From: Clostridiaceae bacterium
GTDB taxonomy: Bacteria; Bacillota; Clostridia; Saccharofermentanales; DTU023
Assembly: GCA_012841015.1 (NCBI GenBank)
Contig: DUVN01000028.1
Span: forward strand, 103,188-167,187
Direction: 5' to 3'
DNA: 64,000 nt
Shown: piece after piece, positions 1 through 10,023 of the stretch
How the letters are laid out: each line of letters starts with the position of its first letter
How positions within the stretch are numbered: the stretch's first letter is position 1
Translations under genes and position numbers: made by a program
Notes under the pieces: generated by a model
The model's input: only the letters and a program-made list of their open reading frames with translations
Databases searched by the model: none
What the model was told of the DNA's origin: nothing

Positions 1-3000
1 CTACTTAGAGGAAGGCAAGCTTCCAAACACGGCAACGATCACGATTGATGGGCGACCTGCCGCCAGTGACAACGCGAACATCACGCCTGCCAAGGGTAAA
101 GTGAGTATCAACAAGACTCTGGAGGGACTTAATCCAGTTCATGACGCTTGGCCTTCAGGTGAAAAAGCCATCTTCAAACTAGAAAAGAAGATCGAGACGG
201 TCCCGGAGACATGGGTTTTTGTCAAGAATGTCGAGATTAACAGTTTTGCGACGGTTCAAGTCGATGGACTGTTACCCGGTATGTACAAGCTGACGGAGAC
301 GTCCGCTCCTTCAGGCTACATGAAAGCCGATTCGTGGGAATTTACGGTGACAGGAGCCTTGGGCGAAACGATTACCCATACATTTAATGACAGCAAACTT
401 CCGAGCATTGAGAAGGTCGTTGACAAGGGTTTCTTTGAAGCAACGGATGCCGAAAGAACCTTCACGATCACGGTGCCTATTGAATCTGTGGAGGGTTTGA
501 CAAAGCTAGTTATCACCGACAGCGTGGACGAATACTTAACAATTGTAGCGAATAGCGTAAAGGCGACCCTCGATACTGTAGACGGGACAGCGTTAAGCGT
601 GGATCCTGCTGTGGACGGACAGGAGATTACGCTCACGCTAGCCAATACCTATGATTTCTCCGAGATTGAAGGCAGATCCATCTTGCTTACTTACAAGGTG
701 AAGCTGAAGGACAATTTTAATTACAAGCAGCTTCCTGTGAGGTATAAGACGTACGGTATTCCAAATACGGCGCAACTTGTGATAAACAACAACCCTGAAG
801 TCGTAACCGATACCGTGAATGTTAAGGTTCCAGTCGCTGCTGTCACGCTTACAAAGGAGGCGGACGGTGGGCCGCTGCCTGACGGCACGTCTGCGACCTT
901 CGATTTGTATCGCGGGCAGCCCGACACTGGAACAAAGATAGGTACGTACAGTACGAGGAAGGCCTATAGTGGTGATATCATCCATGTCGCAGAACTTGTT
1001 CCAGGTGACTACTATTTCGTCGAGACAATGCCTCCGTATGGCGGCTACGTCCTGAATCACACGCCGCGTCAATTTAAGATCGTTGTTAACAATGATGGAT
1101 ATGCGGAGCCGGTAGGCATCGGTAGTTTTATTAGTTTCCGAGTCAACAACATCAAATCATCCTTGCCCGAGCCTGTGAAATACGTAGGCGAGAAAAATGG
1201 TCAGATTGATCAATCCCATCTGCGACTGGATGACTTCAATGAGTTGTACAGCTATAAGGTCGTGGTTGATATCCCACAGGCGGATGCTATTGCCAACTGG
1301 ACTGCATTCACGCTTAAAGATCCCGTTGATCCTGCTTTAGCGGTGCAAAACATTAAAGTGACCGTCGGAACGGACGTATATGAAATAGGCGATCCGCCGG
1401 TTGCCGGTTATCCACTCACTTTTGATGATGTTAGCAATACGATTAGTTTTGCCATTAAAAATAAAAATAACGTAGTGAGTTTCGCCGGTAAGCGCATTGT
1501 CCTGACCTTCGACGCGAATATCAGGAGCGGCTATTCGTCTGATGATTTCCTAGAAGATCACCCCAACGCTCTGATTACCAATGAGGCGATCTTGACAGTG
1601 ACTGTCGAAGAAACGGCTGATCCGCTGAGATCGGATAGCAACGACGTGACTGTTGCTCCGCCACTACCAATGCCCAAACCTGTGAAATACATCCATGGTG
1701 ACGACCAAGGCAATCTGGATGAACCGAATGAGTCCTTCAGACTCGGTACGCTACAACAACATTTCACCTATGAAATTAGGCTGAACGTTCCGCCTAATGT
1801 GGGTAATAATACGAGAGTGACGTTGACAGATTGGATGAATGAACTGCTTGAACCGGTTAACACTTCTACCGATCCGAACACAGGTCACTATACCGGTGAC
1901 AGTATCAAAATATATATTAGTGATATCTACATCCCGAGAGGGGCAGAAGGCGGCAGCCTTAATGACCACATTTTCTACAATGCATCCGACAACACGATAA
2001 CATTTGGGGTAGAGAATATAGATCCTTCTAATCCTGCCTTTGACTTCCGTGTATTGGAAGGAAAAGAAGTCCGAATGGAGATTCGTGCCAAGTTCAAAGA
2101 CGATGTAACGCAGGAGCAGTTGAATAACTATTTGGTCACGGACTCGAGCTCTCCGCTTTTTGGTTCCGTAGTGATTCCGAACCAAGTCGGCCTATTGCTT
2201 GGTGAGAATGTGAGTGATTGGCAGTACTCCAACAAAGTCAACATCACTCCTCCGGGCGACGAGCCGACGGTGAAGAAGACAGTTGAGAATAACACCGGTA
2301 CAAACAATGATCAAAAGGACGCACTGTTGCTAGATCAAAAGGGTGACGAATTCACGTATAAAGTGAAGGTCGACATTCCTGCTAACGTGGAAGGCTACGA
2401 GAACATCACCGTTGACGACACGTTGGAGAACGTACTGCAAATTATCTCGACCGATGTTCTCGTCGACTCTGTATCTGATTCGACTCTCAAAAATAAAGTA
2501 GCGCGCGCTGGCAATAACGTTAGCCTTACAGTTACAGAGGGCTTTGCGACATACGCAGGCAAATCCATTACGCTTGAGATCAAGGCTAAGATAAATGACG
2601 ACGTCACGCTTGACCAAATCGCTCATGATTACGGGCGCAGCGCAATTCCGAACAAGGCGACCTTGACATTTAACGGTGCTGCAAAGAACTCCAATGAAGT
2701 CACGGTGACGCCGCCCGGCGGCACACCGAAACTGGTAAAGTCGGTCAATGCGCAGACGGACATCGTTCTCGGTGATATTACCGATGAGTTCGTCTATAAC
2801 ATCTCCTATACCATTCCCACCAACGTGAACGGATACAAAAGTCTGATCATGAAGGATGTCCTAGAGAAAGTCTTAACGACGAAATTGACGGACATACAAG
2901 TCTATGTGGATGAGGTACAGAACGATATGCTGAAAGCATTCGTTACTACAAGCACGGCGAACGAAGCAACGACCGTCATGTTGACCATGGGGACTATAGA

Positions 3001-6000
3001 CACACCTTTCGACTTTAAGCCATACGCTGGGAAGACTATTCGCGTTGAGATGATGGCTAAGATCAAGGGTAATGCTGACTTAAGCAGCTATCAAGATAGG
3101 AGGATTCCGAACGAAGCGACGTTAAAGTTGAATGAAAATACAGAAGTCTCGTCAAATCAGGTAACACTCCAACCGCCTAAGGGTAGCGTCATCCTGACGA
3201 AGGTCGTCGACGGTGAACCTTTGAGCGGCACACAAACGGCGACATTCAAGCTGTACAAAGTCTTAGGTGTGATTGATGCAACTCCCGGCATTCCTGCAGG
3301 TCAGGATGAGGCGGATGAGTTAATCCAGATCAATGGCCTGAATGAGACGGCCGTAAATGCTGCCAACAACAAGATCACTGTTACAGGACTTGAACCGGGC
3401 GACTACTACTTCGTTGAGACGGCTGCGCCAACAGGCTACACGCTGAACAATTCGCCGATTGCGTTTACGATTACACCTGATCAGTCGGTTGCTGCCGCTT
3501 TGACTTGGAACAACGTCAGTGATCTGACGCCAGTGAAGACGGTCAATCACAACAAGACGATTGAGGTCAAGGACTTCGGTCAGGTATTCACGTATAGGGT
3601 AAGTGTTCCTGTCGGAAGCGTATCCGCGATCAAAGAGTTCGTCATTCGTGACGAGGTGGATCAGCTGCTGGAGATCGTGCCGAACAGCGCGAAAGTCTAT
3701 AAGCAAGATGGAACGGTGTTGGCTGATCATGATTCGGACGAGATCGACGTCGTCAATAGCGTTGTTTCCTTTACGAGGACGTCTGACTTTATTGTGATGA
3801 CGAACAGCCTTGTCACGCTGGAATTTAAGGCGAAACTGAAAACAGACATCACGGCAGGGGATCTGAGTACAGATGTTTTGAATGAAGGCATCCCCAACAA
3901 GGCAACACTCACTGTCAACGATCAACAACCAGTTGATTCCGAAACAGTCTACGTCAAACCCGTGCTAGGTGATGTTACGCTTACCAAGACGGCGGAAGGC
4001 AAACCGCTCGGAGCCGGACAGACGGCGACGTTTGCCCTATATAAAATCTCAGGTGTGATTGATACAACACCCGGTATCCCTGTTGATCAAGATGATACGG
4101 CGGATGTCAAGATCGGCGATGACCGGATGACGGATAGTGGCAAGATCACCGTGACTAACCTTATCTCGGGCACGTACTACTTCGTTGAGACGGTAGCGCC
4201 CGCTGGGTACAAGTTGGATGCGACACCTGTGACATTCACTGTATATGGCGGTGAGAAGGCCGGCAAGAATCCCGTTGCGGTTACGGTTGACAATGAAGCG
4301 GCTGATGTGCCGACACCGGTCAAGACTGTTGACGACGTACAATCGTTGACGCTCGATTCTCTGACGCAGGAGTTCACGTATAAAGTAAGTGTCTCTGTCG
4401 GCGACGTGGACGGGGTAACGAATTTTGTGATCTGTGATGAAGTAGATGCATTCCTTGAAGTTGTTCCAGGAAGCGCGAGTGTCAAGATCAATCAAACCGA
4501 TGTTGGAGGTAGTGTGGAAATCGACGGACCTACCGTGACCTACACGGCTTCCGATGACGACATCGTTGAGATGGCAGGAAAGACAGTTACTCTTCAATTT
4601 GATGCAACGATCAAGCAGGGAACGACGTACGAGGATCTCAGTGATCAATATGCCGATCTTAAGGTCCCCAACACGGCGAAGCTGCAGATTAACAATACTT
4701 GGGTCGATTCAAATACCGTGACAGTGAAACCTGTCTTCGGTAAAGTTTCACTCGTCAAGACATCGGACGAAAGCCCCTTACCTAACGGTTTAAGCGCAAT
4801 TTTCAGTCTTTATCGCGTGACAGGCGGGAACGAAGAACTGATCAGAGACTACCAGACGATTAACGGCAAAATAGAGGTCTCGAACCTCAGTCCCGGGAGC
4901 TACTACTTCGTTGAGAAGTATGCTCCCGCAGGGCATATTCTCGATGAAACGAAGCGAGTGTTCACCATCAAGGACGATGCTGCAACAGAGCCGGTGGCGG
5001 GTGCGAGCGGTGCGAACTTGACTGTCGATAACAAGACACCTAAGGACGGTCCCACAATTGAGAAGTCCGTTGAAGGATCGAACCATTACGTTCTTGCAAC
5101 ACAGGGAGAAGAAGTCACCTATACGATCCGCATGAAGATTCCGGAGCAGGTCGACGGCTATCAGAGCCTCATCCTTGAAGATGAAGTTGACCCATTTTTC
5201 GTGATAGCAAGTGCCGCTGTGGCGGTGGAGAGTGGTTATACTCTTCAGAGTCCCGATGACGGTGTCCTTACCTATGGCGAGCAACCGAATCCAAATCTCG
5301 TCAAGTACACATTTGCAGCCGATTTCGACTATTCGAAGATTGCAGGACAGGACGTTGTCATGACCGTTAAGGTTGCGCTTGCCGACAGTGTCACTGCTGC
5401 CGATGTGGCTGAAACATATCTGGACAACAACATTCCGAATACGGCAAAACAGATCTTTAATGGAACGACTACGAATTCGAACACTGTCACGGTAAAACTT
5501 CTTGGCGACAAACCATCAATTAATAAGAACGTTGAGGGTGCAAACAATCTGAATCTCAGTCATCTCGCGCAGACATTTAAGTACAATATCAACGTTTTGG
5601 TGCCGTCTAACACACAAGGCTATGAGAAACTTGAAGTTGTCGACACGCTTGAGAACGTACTTGAGTACGTATCGGCGGAAGTTCGAGTGGGAGGGACAAA
5701 GAACGAGGCGCTGACTGGGAAAGTGACGGCTGAGCCTGTCACGCTCGGTGGTGTTGAGAGAACGGTCGTTAAGTTATCCTTGGATAACATGTACGACTAC
5801 AATGCTCTGGCAGGCAAACTCGTAACCCTCGTCATCAAGGCGAGAATTAAAGAGGGCGCCGATCTCACGTCGTACATCAATGACGGCGGAATCCCAAACA
5901 GTGCGTCACTTTACTTTAACAGTGACCCCGCCATTGATACGGGTGAGGTTACCGTTACGCCTCCCGGTTCAAGACCTTCGATTGAAAAGGAAGTATCAAA

Positions 6001-9000
6001 AGGCAATATGTCTTCCGGTGGAGCATCGCTCACGCTGGACCGAGATGATCAAGAATTCTACTATCGCCTCATTGTCAAGGTGCCTAGCAATGTTCAAGGG
6101 TACGAGAGCGTTGTGTTGGAAGACGTTCTGGAAGACGTCTTGGTGCCGCCGTCGAAAAGCGACGTGAAACTCTATCTTTATAAGCTGGGTTCAGAAGAAT
6201 ATTCTGACTTGAAGTACTTTCTGACGGACGATGCAATAACGGTTGATGGGCAGCGCGTCCGGATCAGATTCGCGAAAGATTCTTTTAATACTGGTTACAG
6301 CTTCGATAACGCTGCCGGCAGGACGCTGTTGGTGGCGATTAAAACAAGGATCAAAGACGGAGCCGATCTCTCAGGCTATGAGGGGGGCAAGATACCGAAT
6401 AAGGCAACGCTAGCGTTTAACGGCGTTCCTAAGACGTCCAATGAAGTATGGGTTGAGCCTCCCGGTGTGCTGACACTGGACAAAAAGGTGAACGGCACCG
6501 AAGAAGTGAAGCTTAACGACTTAGGCGACATGCTAACCTACACGATGCAAGCTGTGATTCCGGAGGATATCAAGGGCGTCTCGTACATCAAACTTACCGA
6601 CACCTTTGCCGATATCTTAGAGCTTCAGGGTAATGTGAGTGTTGAGGTGAAACGCGGCGGTACGGTTGATGATGATCTTTCCGAGCATGCTACCTCTAGG
6701 CTCACGACCGTCGGACAGACCGTTACACTCAACATCACTGACAGGGCCGATGACTACATCGGTACGATGATCACGGTGACGGTTAAGGCCAAGATCGACC
6801 AGAGTCAAGATTTGGTGAGTCACCTCGTTGACGGAGCGATTCCCAATACGGCGAACCTGCAAATCAACGGCAAAACTTGGGTCGATTCAAATACGGTGAA
6901 AGTCATCCCCATCCTTGGAAAGGTTGTCCTGACAAAAACATCCGGCGAAGAAGAGTTGCCGAAAGACCTGAGTGCCGTCTTCAGTCTTTACAAAGTCAAC
7001 GGCACCGAAGAAGTGTTTATGCGGGAGTACGTGACGGTTGACGGCAAGATTGAAGTCATCAACTTAGGTCCGGGCCAGTACTTTTTCGTGGAGAGACATG
7101 CGCCGAAAGGGCACATCCTTGATCCGACGAAGCACTCTTTTGTGGTTGATACGACAGGTAAGGCCGATCCTGCAAACTTTACGGTTGACAATACGCAGTT
7201 AGAGACGACGTCATTCACCGTGACGCAGGAATGGGTCGGAGGACCGGCGGATAAGCCCACTGTCTTCGTCCAGCTGTATAGGTCATTGGGTGATCATAAG
7301 GAGCCGTACGGTATGCCGGTAATGCTTGAGAACGGCACGAAGACCTATACGTGGAACAACCTTCCCGCAACGACCTTAATAGGAGAAGTGTTCACCTATT
7401 CGGTCGATGAACCGATTGTGCCGGATGGCTACACGAAAGAGATCTCCGAGGATGGCAAGACAATTACGAATACCTACGTCCCGTCACTGATTGACTTAAA
7501 AGTCAGGAAAATCTGGGCGGGAGTCGAACATCCAGAAGATTATAAAGCAACATTCCGCCTCAAGGCGAACGGAGACACGGTTGACGGTCGCGTGATCACC
7601 ATCACGGGCAATGCTATTGGTCGCTTCGAGGATTTACCCGAAACAGATACGAATGGTAACGTGATCAGTTACGATATCGTTGAAGATCCCGTTCAGGGTT
7701 TCTCAAGTAGGAAACTTGGAACTGGAGAGTCTTGTTGTGACTATTTCTTCGTGAATACGAGAGATTCGTCTGTCGGACACTTCACCTTTAAGTGTATCGA
7801 TCACATGACAAAAGAACCGCTAAGAGGTGCGACGTTCGATCTGCGTGAACATAACAGCCCTCACAGACTCGTTGCGACTGCGACATCGGATGCAAAGGGT
7901 GAAGTTCGTTTTAGCAATATCAAGGAAGGTATGTACCAGCTTGTACAGACGGCCTATCCTTCAGGCTACCGTGTTTTCGACGTCATTCGGACGGCCGTCG
8001 TCGATCATAACGGTGACGTGACGATTGGCGGAGAGAATCTCGAAGAAGATTACACTATTTCGAATATCCCCAAACTTACGCCTTTGACGCTGGTCAAGAT
8101 CGACAGCATGACAAGGGCAATCCTGCCTGATGCCGTCTTTGATGTTTATCGCTCAAAGAGTGCTGTCGAGAACCCCACAAGTGCGGCGGCTCACGTTGAC
8201 GACGTCCCTGAACAAGGTAAGTCGCGTGCGGCTACAATTGCCGGCAATCCTGAGATCGAAAGATTGAAGCGCTCGCTTGCCGCGGCGGAAGAGCGTGTTC
8301 GCGAGCTTGAGCAGGCGATTGTAAAGAGTAAGCGAAGTGCCGAGAGGCGGGCGGAACTAGAAAGAGAAAAGGTGGAAGCCGAGGAACACTTGAATACGTT
8401 GAAGAATACGTTGACGGCATCACTAACACAGGCTACTGAAGCGGTGAACGACGCCTACCGTACGTTACAGACGGCGACGAAGTCACTTCAGACGGCAGAG
8501 GCCGAACTTGATGCGTTCCGTCTCGCCAACACGGACGGCAAACTTGATGCTCACATCATAGAACATGAGGAAATGGTCGCACGCCTCTCAGATGAAAAAG
8601 AACAGGCACAGCGACAATACGACGATGCTCTAGCCGAAAAGGAAGCCGTTAAAGAAAAGAATACAGATCTTATGAGAGAAGCAACGGAGGAGCTCGCAGG
8701 CATTGTTGCGCAGATTGAAGCCGCTTCAGTTGACACAGAACAACTCTTAGCTAAAAAGCGCGAGAGCGAGGCGAGAATCGCTGAGTTGAAGTCAATGATC
8801 AATAAGCTAGAAGAGAACGGTCGTACAACGGAAACAGCACCGACTTCAGACGGGAAGTCCGGGACGCGTGCGCCTGCGATGCCTTCAGTTCAATCGGCTG
8901 AACAGAGTTCGATCGGAATGGTCGAAGAATTACCTGGAGACGTCGAGCTTGTCGGCATATTTACAACGGATGAAAACGGAGTTATTGTGCTCCCTGATCT

Positions 9001-9958
9001 CTCCCTCGGAACGTACTATGTCGTCGAAAAGCAGGCTCCGGCAGGCTACCTGAAGTCGACTACTATTTATGAAGTCCGCATCATGAGTGATGCGGACGAA
9101 CAGATCAGGCCTGTTGTTCTCCTTACTGAGAATGATCCGAACCCGGCAATGTTCAGGACACAAGTCACCGTGACAAAATACTGGCTCCATGATGGTCATG
9201 TGAGTGTTCCAGCCGTGACGATGATTCTGAAAGCCAATGGCGTTGAAGTTGACCGTGTGACCTTGGAACCCGGCCAATACCAGCATACGTTCAGGAACTT
9301 GCTCATCTATGACACAAATATGGATGAGATCGACTATACGATCACGGAAGTGGGCGTGCCAGGTTATACGGGCGTTGTTGACAGGATCACTCAGTATGAT
9401 TTTGTCGTGATCAACACGGCATCGACCGTAGTGGAACCAAAAGCTGTGACCGTCTTTACGTTATGGCTCGACGGAGAAGAAAACTCCGCCACTGTCAGAC
9501 TTCTAGCAAACGGCGTTGACACAGGTAAGAAGCTTGTATTGGATACGTTGAACGATTGGTTCGGGACGTTTGAGGGACTACCTGCCGTTGACTCGGAGGG
9601 ACGTGAAATCGTCTATACGATCGCGCAGTTGCCCGTGAAAGGGTACGAGATGCGCATCATCGGTGATGAGAGGATGGGTTTCATCATCGTCAACAAAAAG
9701 GTTGAATCACCGAAACCTGAAGAACCCGTAAAACCTGAAAAACCCGGAAAACCTGAAGGTCAAAAACCACCGGCCTCGTCGTCTAATCGAAAGCCTTCAA
9801 AGCAGAAGTCATCAAAAAAGAGCGGCTCGGTTAACAGAATACCGGTAACGGGTGAGCGCAATGTTGTCATTGTACCCATCGTGCTGTTCGCCTTTGGGGC
9901 TGCTCTCCTCTACGTTGGAGGAAGGCGAAAGAGACGCTCACGCCATCATCAATCATAA
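1..9958 (+). CDS. Giant cell-wall-anchored adhesin, 5' end outside the window. Alternating isopeptide-type stalk modules and SpaA/Cna-B-type Ig-like domains, with a C-terminal IPVTG sortase signal
   Basis: Frame 2 is open from nt 2 (YLEEGKLPNTATITIDGRP... precedes the first listed Met at 101), so the ORF continues upstream. There are 12 copies of a ~150-aa module ending (I/V/L)PN-x-A-x-L...SN-x-VTV-x-P(P)G, the Lys-Asn isopeptide-domain style. There are 8 copies of G-x-Y-(Y/F/K/Q)-(F/L/V)-V-(E/Q)-x-x-x-P-x-G-(Y/H), e.g. GDYYFVETAAPTGY (SpaA/prealbumin-like). Four Cna-B-like modules are present, e.g. TVTQEWVGGPADKPTVFVQLYR. A Pro/Lys-rich wall spacer runs ~9701-9835, followed by the sorting signal. 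Confidence 0.9.
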   Translation, partial: YLEEGKLPNTATITIDGRPAASDNANITPAKGKVSINKTLEGLNPVHDAWPSGEKAIFKLEKKIETVPETWVFVKNVEINSFATVQVDGLLPGMYKLTETSAPSGYMKADSWEFTVTGALGETITHTFNDSKLPSIEKVVDKGFFEATDAERTFTITVPIESVEGLTKLVITDSVDEYLTIVANSVKATLDTVDGTALSVDPAVDGQEITLTLANTYDFSEIEGRSILLTYKVKLKDNFNYKQLPVRYKTYGIPNTAQLVINNNPEVVTDTVNVKVPVAAVTLTKEADGGPLPDGTSATFDLYRGQPDTGTKIGTYSTRKAYSGDIIHVAELVPGDYYFVETMPPYGGYVLNHTPRQFKIVVNNDGYAEPVGIGSFISFRVNNIKSSLPEPVKYVGEKNGQIDQSHLRLDDFNELYSYKVVVDIPQADAIANWTAFTLKDPVDPALAVQNIKVTVGTDVYEIGDPPVAGYPLTFDDVSNTISFAIKNKNNVVSFAGKRIVLTFDANIRSGYSSDDFLEDHPNALITNEAILTVTVEETADPLRSDSNDVTVAPPLPMPKPVKYIHGDDQGNLDEPNESFRLGTLQQHFTYEIRLNVPPNVGNNTRVTLTDWMNELLEPVNTSTDPNTGHYTGDSIKIYISDIYIPRGAEGGSLNDHIFYNASDNTITFGVENIDPSNPAFDFRVLEGKEVRMEIRAKFKDDVTQEQLNNYLVTDSSSPLFGSVVIPNQVGLLLGENVSDWQYSNKVNITPPGDEPTVKKTVENNTGTNNDQKDALLLDQKGDEFTYKVKVDIPANVEGYENITVDDTLENVLQIISTDVLVDSVSDSTLKNKVARAGNNVSLTVTEGFATYAGKSITLEIKAKINDDVTLDQIAHDYGRSAIPNKATLTFNGAAKNSNEVTVTPPGGTPKLVKSVNAQTDIVLGDITDEFVYNISYTIPTNVNGYKSLIMKDVLEKVLTTKLTDIQVYVDEVQNDMLKAFVTTSTANEATTVMLTMGTIDTPFDFKPYAGKTIRVEMMAKIKGNADLSSYQDRRIPNEATLKLNENTEVSSNQVTLQPPKGSVILTKVVDGEPLSGTQTATFKLYKVLGVIDATPGIPAGQDEADELIQINGLNETAVNAANNKITVTGLEPGDYYFVETAAPTGYTLNNSPIAFTITPDQSVAAALTWNNVSDLTPVKTVNHNKTIEVKDFGQVFTYRVSVPVGSVSAIKEFVIRDEVDQLLEIVPNSAKVYKQDGTVLADHDSDEIDVVNSVVSFTRTSDFIVMTNSLVTLEFKAKLKTDITAGDLSTDVLNEGIPNKATLTVNDQQPVDSETVYVKPVLGDVTLTKTAEGKPLGAGQTATFALYKISGVIDTTPGIPVDQDDTADVKIGDDRMTDSGKITVTNLISGTYYFVETVAPAGYKLDATPVTFTVYGGEKAGKNPVAVTVDNEAADVPTPVKTVDDVQSLTLDSLTQEFTYKVSVSVGDVDGVTNFVICDEVDAFLEVVPGSASVKINQTDVGGSVEIDGPTVTYTASDDDIVEMAGKTVTLQFDATIKQGTTYEDLSDQYADLKVPNTAKLQINNTWVDSNTVTVKPVFGKVSLVKTSDESPLPNGLSAIFSLYRVTGGNEELIRDYQTINGKIEVSNLSPGSYYFVEKYAPAGHILDETKRVFTIKDDAATEPVAGASGANLTVDNKTPKDGPTIEKSVEGSNHYVLATQGEEVTYTIRMKIPEQVDGYQSLILEDEVDPFFVIASAAVAVESGYTLQSPDDGVLTYGEQPNPNLVKYTFAADFDYSKIAGQDVVMTVKVALADSVTAADVAETYLDNNIPNTAKQIFNGTTTNSNTVTVKLLGDKPSINKNVEGANNLNLSHLAQTFKYNINVLVPSNTQGYEKLEVVDTLENVLEYVSAEVRVGGTKNEALTGKVTAEPVTLGGVERTVVKLSLDNMYDYNALAGKLVTLVIKARIKEGADLTSYINDGGIPNSASLYFNSDPAIDTGEVTVTPPGSRPSIEKEVSKGNMSSGGASLTLDRDDQEFYYRLIVKVPSNVQGYESVVLEDVLEDVLVPPSKSDVKLYLYKLGSEEYSDLKYFLTDDAITVDGQRVRIRFAKDSFNTGYSFDNAAGRTLLVAIKTRIKDGADLSGYEGGKIPNKATLAFNGVPKTSNEVWVEPPGVLTLDKKVNGTEEVKLNDLGDMLTYTMQAVIPEDIKGVSYIKLTDTFADILELQGNVSVEVKRGGTVDDDLSEHATSRLTTVGQTVTLNITDRADDYIGTMITVTVKAKIDQSQDLVSHLVDGAIPNTANLQINGKTWVDSNTVKVIPILGKVVLTKTSGEEELPKDLSAVFSLYKVNGTEEVFMREYVTVDGKIEVINLGPGQYFFVERHAPKGHILDPTKHSFVVDTTGKADPANFTVDNTQLETTSFTVTQEWVGGPADKPTVFVQLYRSLGDHKEPYGMPVMLENGTKTYTWNNLPATTLIGEVFTYSVDEPIVPDGYTKEISEDGKTITNTYVPSLIDLKVRKIWAGVEHPEDYKATFRLKANGDTVDGRVITITGNAIGRFEDLPETDTNGNVISYDIVEDPVQGFSSRKLGTGESCCDYFFVNTRDSSVGHFTFKCIDHMTKEPLRGATFDLREHNSPHRLVATATSDAKGEVRFSNIKEGMYQLVQTAYPSGYRVFDVIRTAVVDHNGDVTIGGENLEEDYTISNIPKLTPLTLVKIDSMTRAILPDAVFDVYRSKSAVENPTSAAAHVDDVPEQGKSRAATIAGNPEIERLKRSLAAAEERVRELEQAIVKSKRSAERRAELEREKVEAEEHLNTLKNTLTASLTQATEAVNDAYRTLQTATKSLQTAEAELDAFRLANTDGKLDAHIIEHEEMVARLSDEKEQAQRQYDDALAEKEAVKEKNTDLMREATEELAGIVAQIEAASVDTEQLLAKKRESEARIAELKSMINKLEENGRTTETAPTSDGKSGTRAPAMPSVQSAEQSSIGMVEELPGDVELVGIFTTDENGVIVLPDLSLGTYYVVEKQAPAGYLKSTTIYEVRIMSDADEQIRPVVLLTENDPNPAMFRTQVTVTKYWLHDGHVSVPAVTMILKANGVEVDRVTLEPGQYQHTFRNLLIYDTNMDEIDYTITEVGVPGYTGVVDRITQYDFVVINTASTVVEPKAVTVFTLWLDGEENSATVRLLANGVDTGKKLVLDTLNDWFGTFEGLPAVDSEGREIVYTIAQLPVKGYEMRIIGDERMGFIIVNKKVESPKPEEPVKPEKPGKPEGQKPPASSSNRKPSKQKSSKKSGSVNRIPVTGERNVVIVPIVLFAFGAALLYVGGRRKRRSRHHQS
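8165..8935 (+). other. ~250-aa coiled-coil insertion inside one SpaA-like domain of the adhesin
   Basis: Two long Pro/Gly-poor, heptad-like helical stretches: IERLKRSLAAAEERVRELEQAIVKSKR... and ...AQIEAASVDTEQLLAKKRESEARIAELKSMINKLEENG. A central break (RLANTDGKLDAH) lies at nt ~8527-8560. The flanks are the two halves of a single domain: LTLVKIDSMTRAILPDAVFDVYRSKS and VELVGIFTTDENGVIVLPDLSLGTYYVVEKQAPAGY. Confidence 0.65.
9839..9955 (+). other. Sortase sorting signal (IPVTG, hydrophobic helix, basic tail)
   Basis: IPVTG is at 9839-9853. It is followed by ERNVVIVPIVLFAFGAALLYVGG and RRKRRSRHHQS-stop, the classical tripartite LPXTG-type architecture with Ile at position 1. Confidence 0.8.
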
Positions 9959-9988
9959 TTTTGTAGAGTGCAAGACTATTTGACAATA

Positions 9989-10023
9989 GAGGGATGTCTC
10001 ACAGTGAGACATCCTCTCATTTT
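9989..10023 (+). terminator. Rho-independent terminator after the adhesin gene
   Basis: GAGGGATGTCTCAC / GTGAGACATCCTCTC forms an inverted repeat (~12 bp stem with one bulge) followed by ATTTTG. It overlaps the stop codon of the convergent tmcAL. Confidence 0.55.

Noticed and set aside
316-9286. About 25 minus-strand or alternative-frame ORFs (60-200 aa) inside the adhesin gene
   Set aside because: All are nested in a continuous, domain-rich 9.9-kb reading frame on the plus strand. They have no recognisable motifs and are shadow ORFs.
1-9958. Interpreting the giant protein as a polymerising pilus subunit because of its IPxTG motif
   Set aside because: No YPKN-type pilin motif or E-box was seen in the visible 3,300 aa. 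There is no adjacent class-C sortase or minor pilin genes, and the size is far beyond known pilins. I treat it as a monomeric fibre adhesin.
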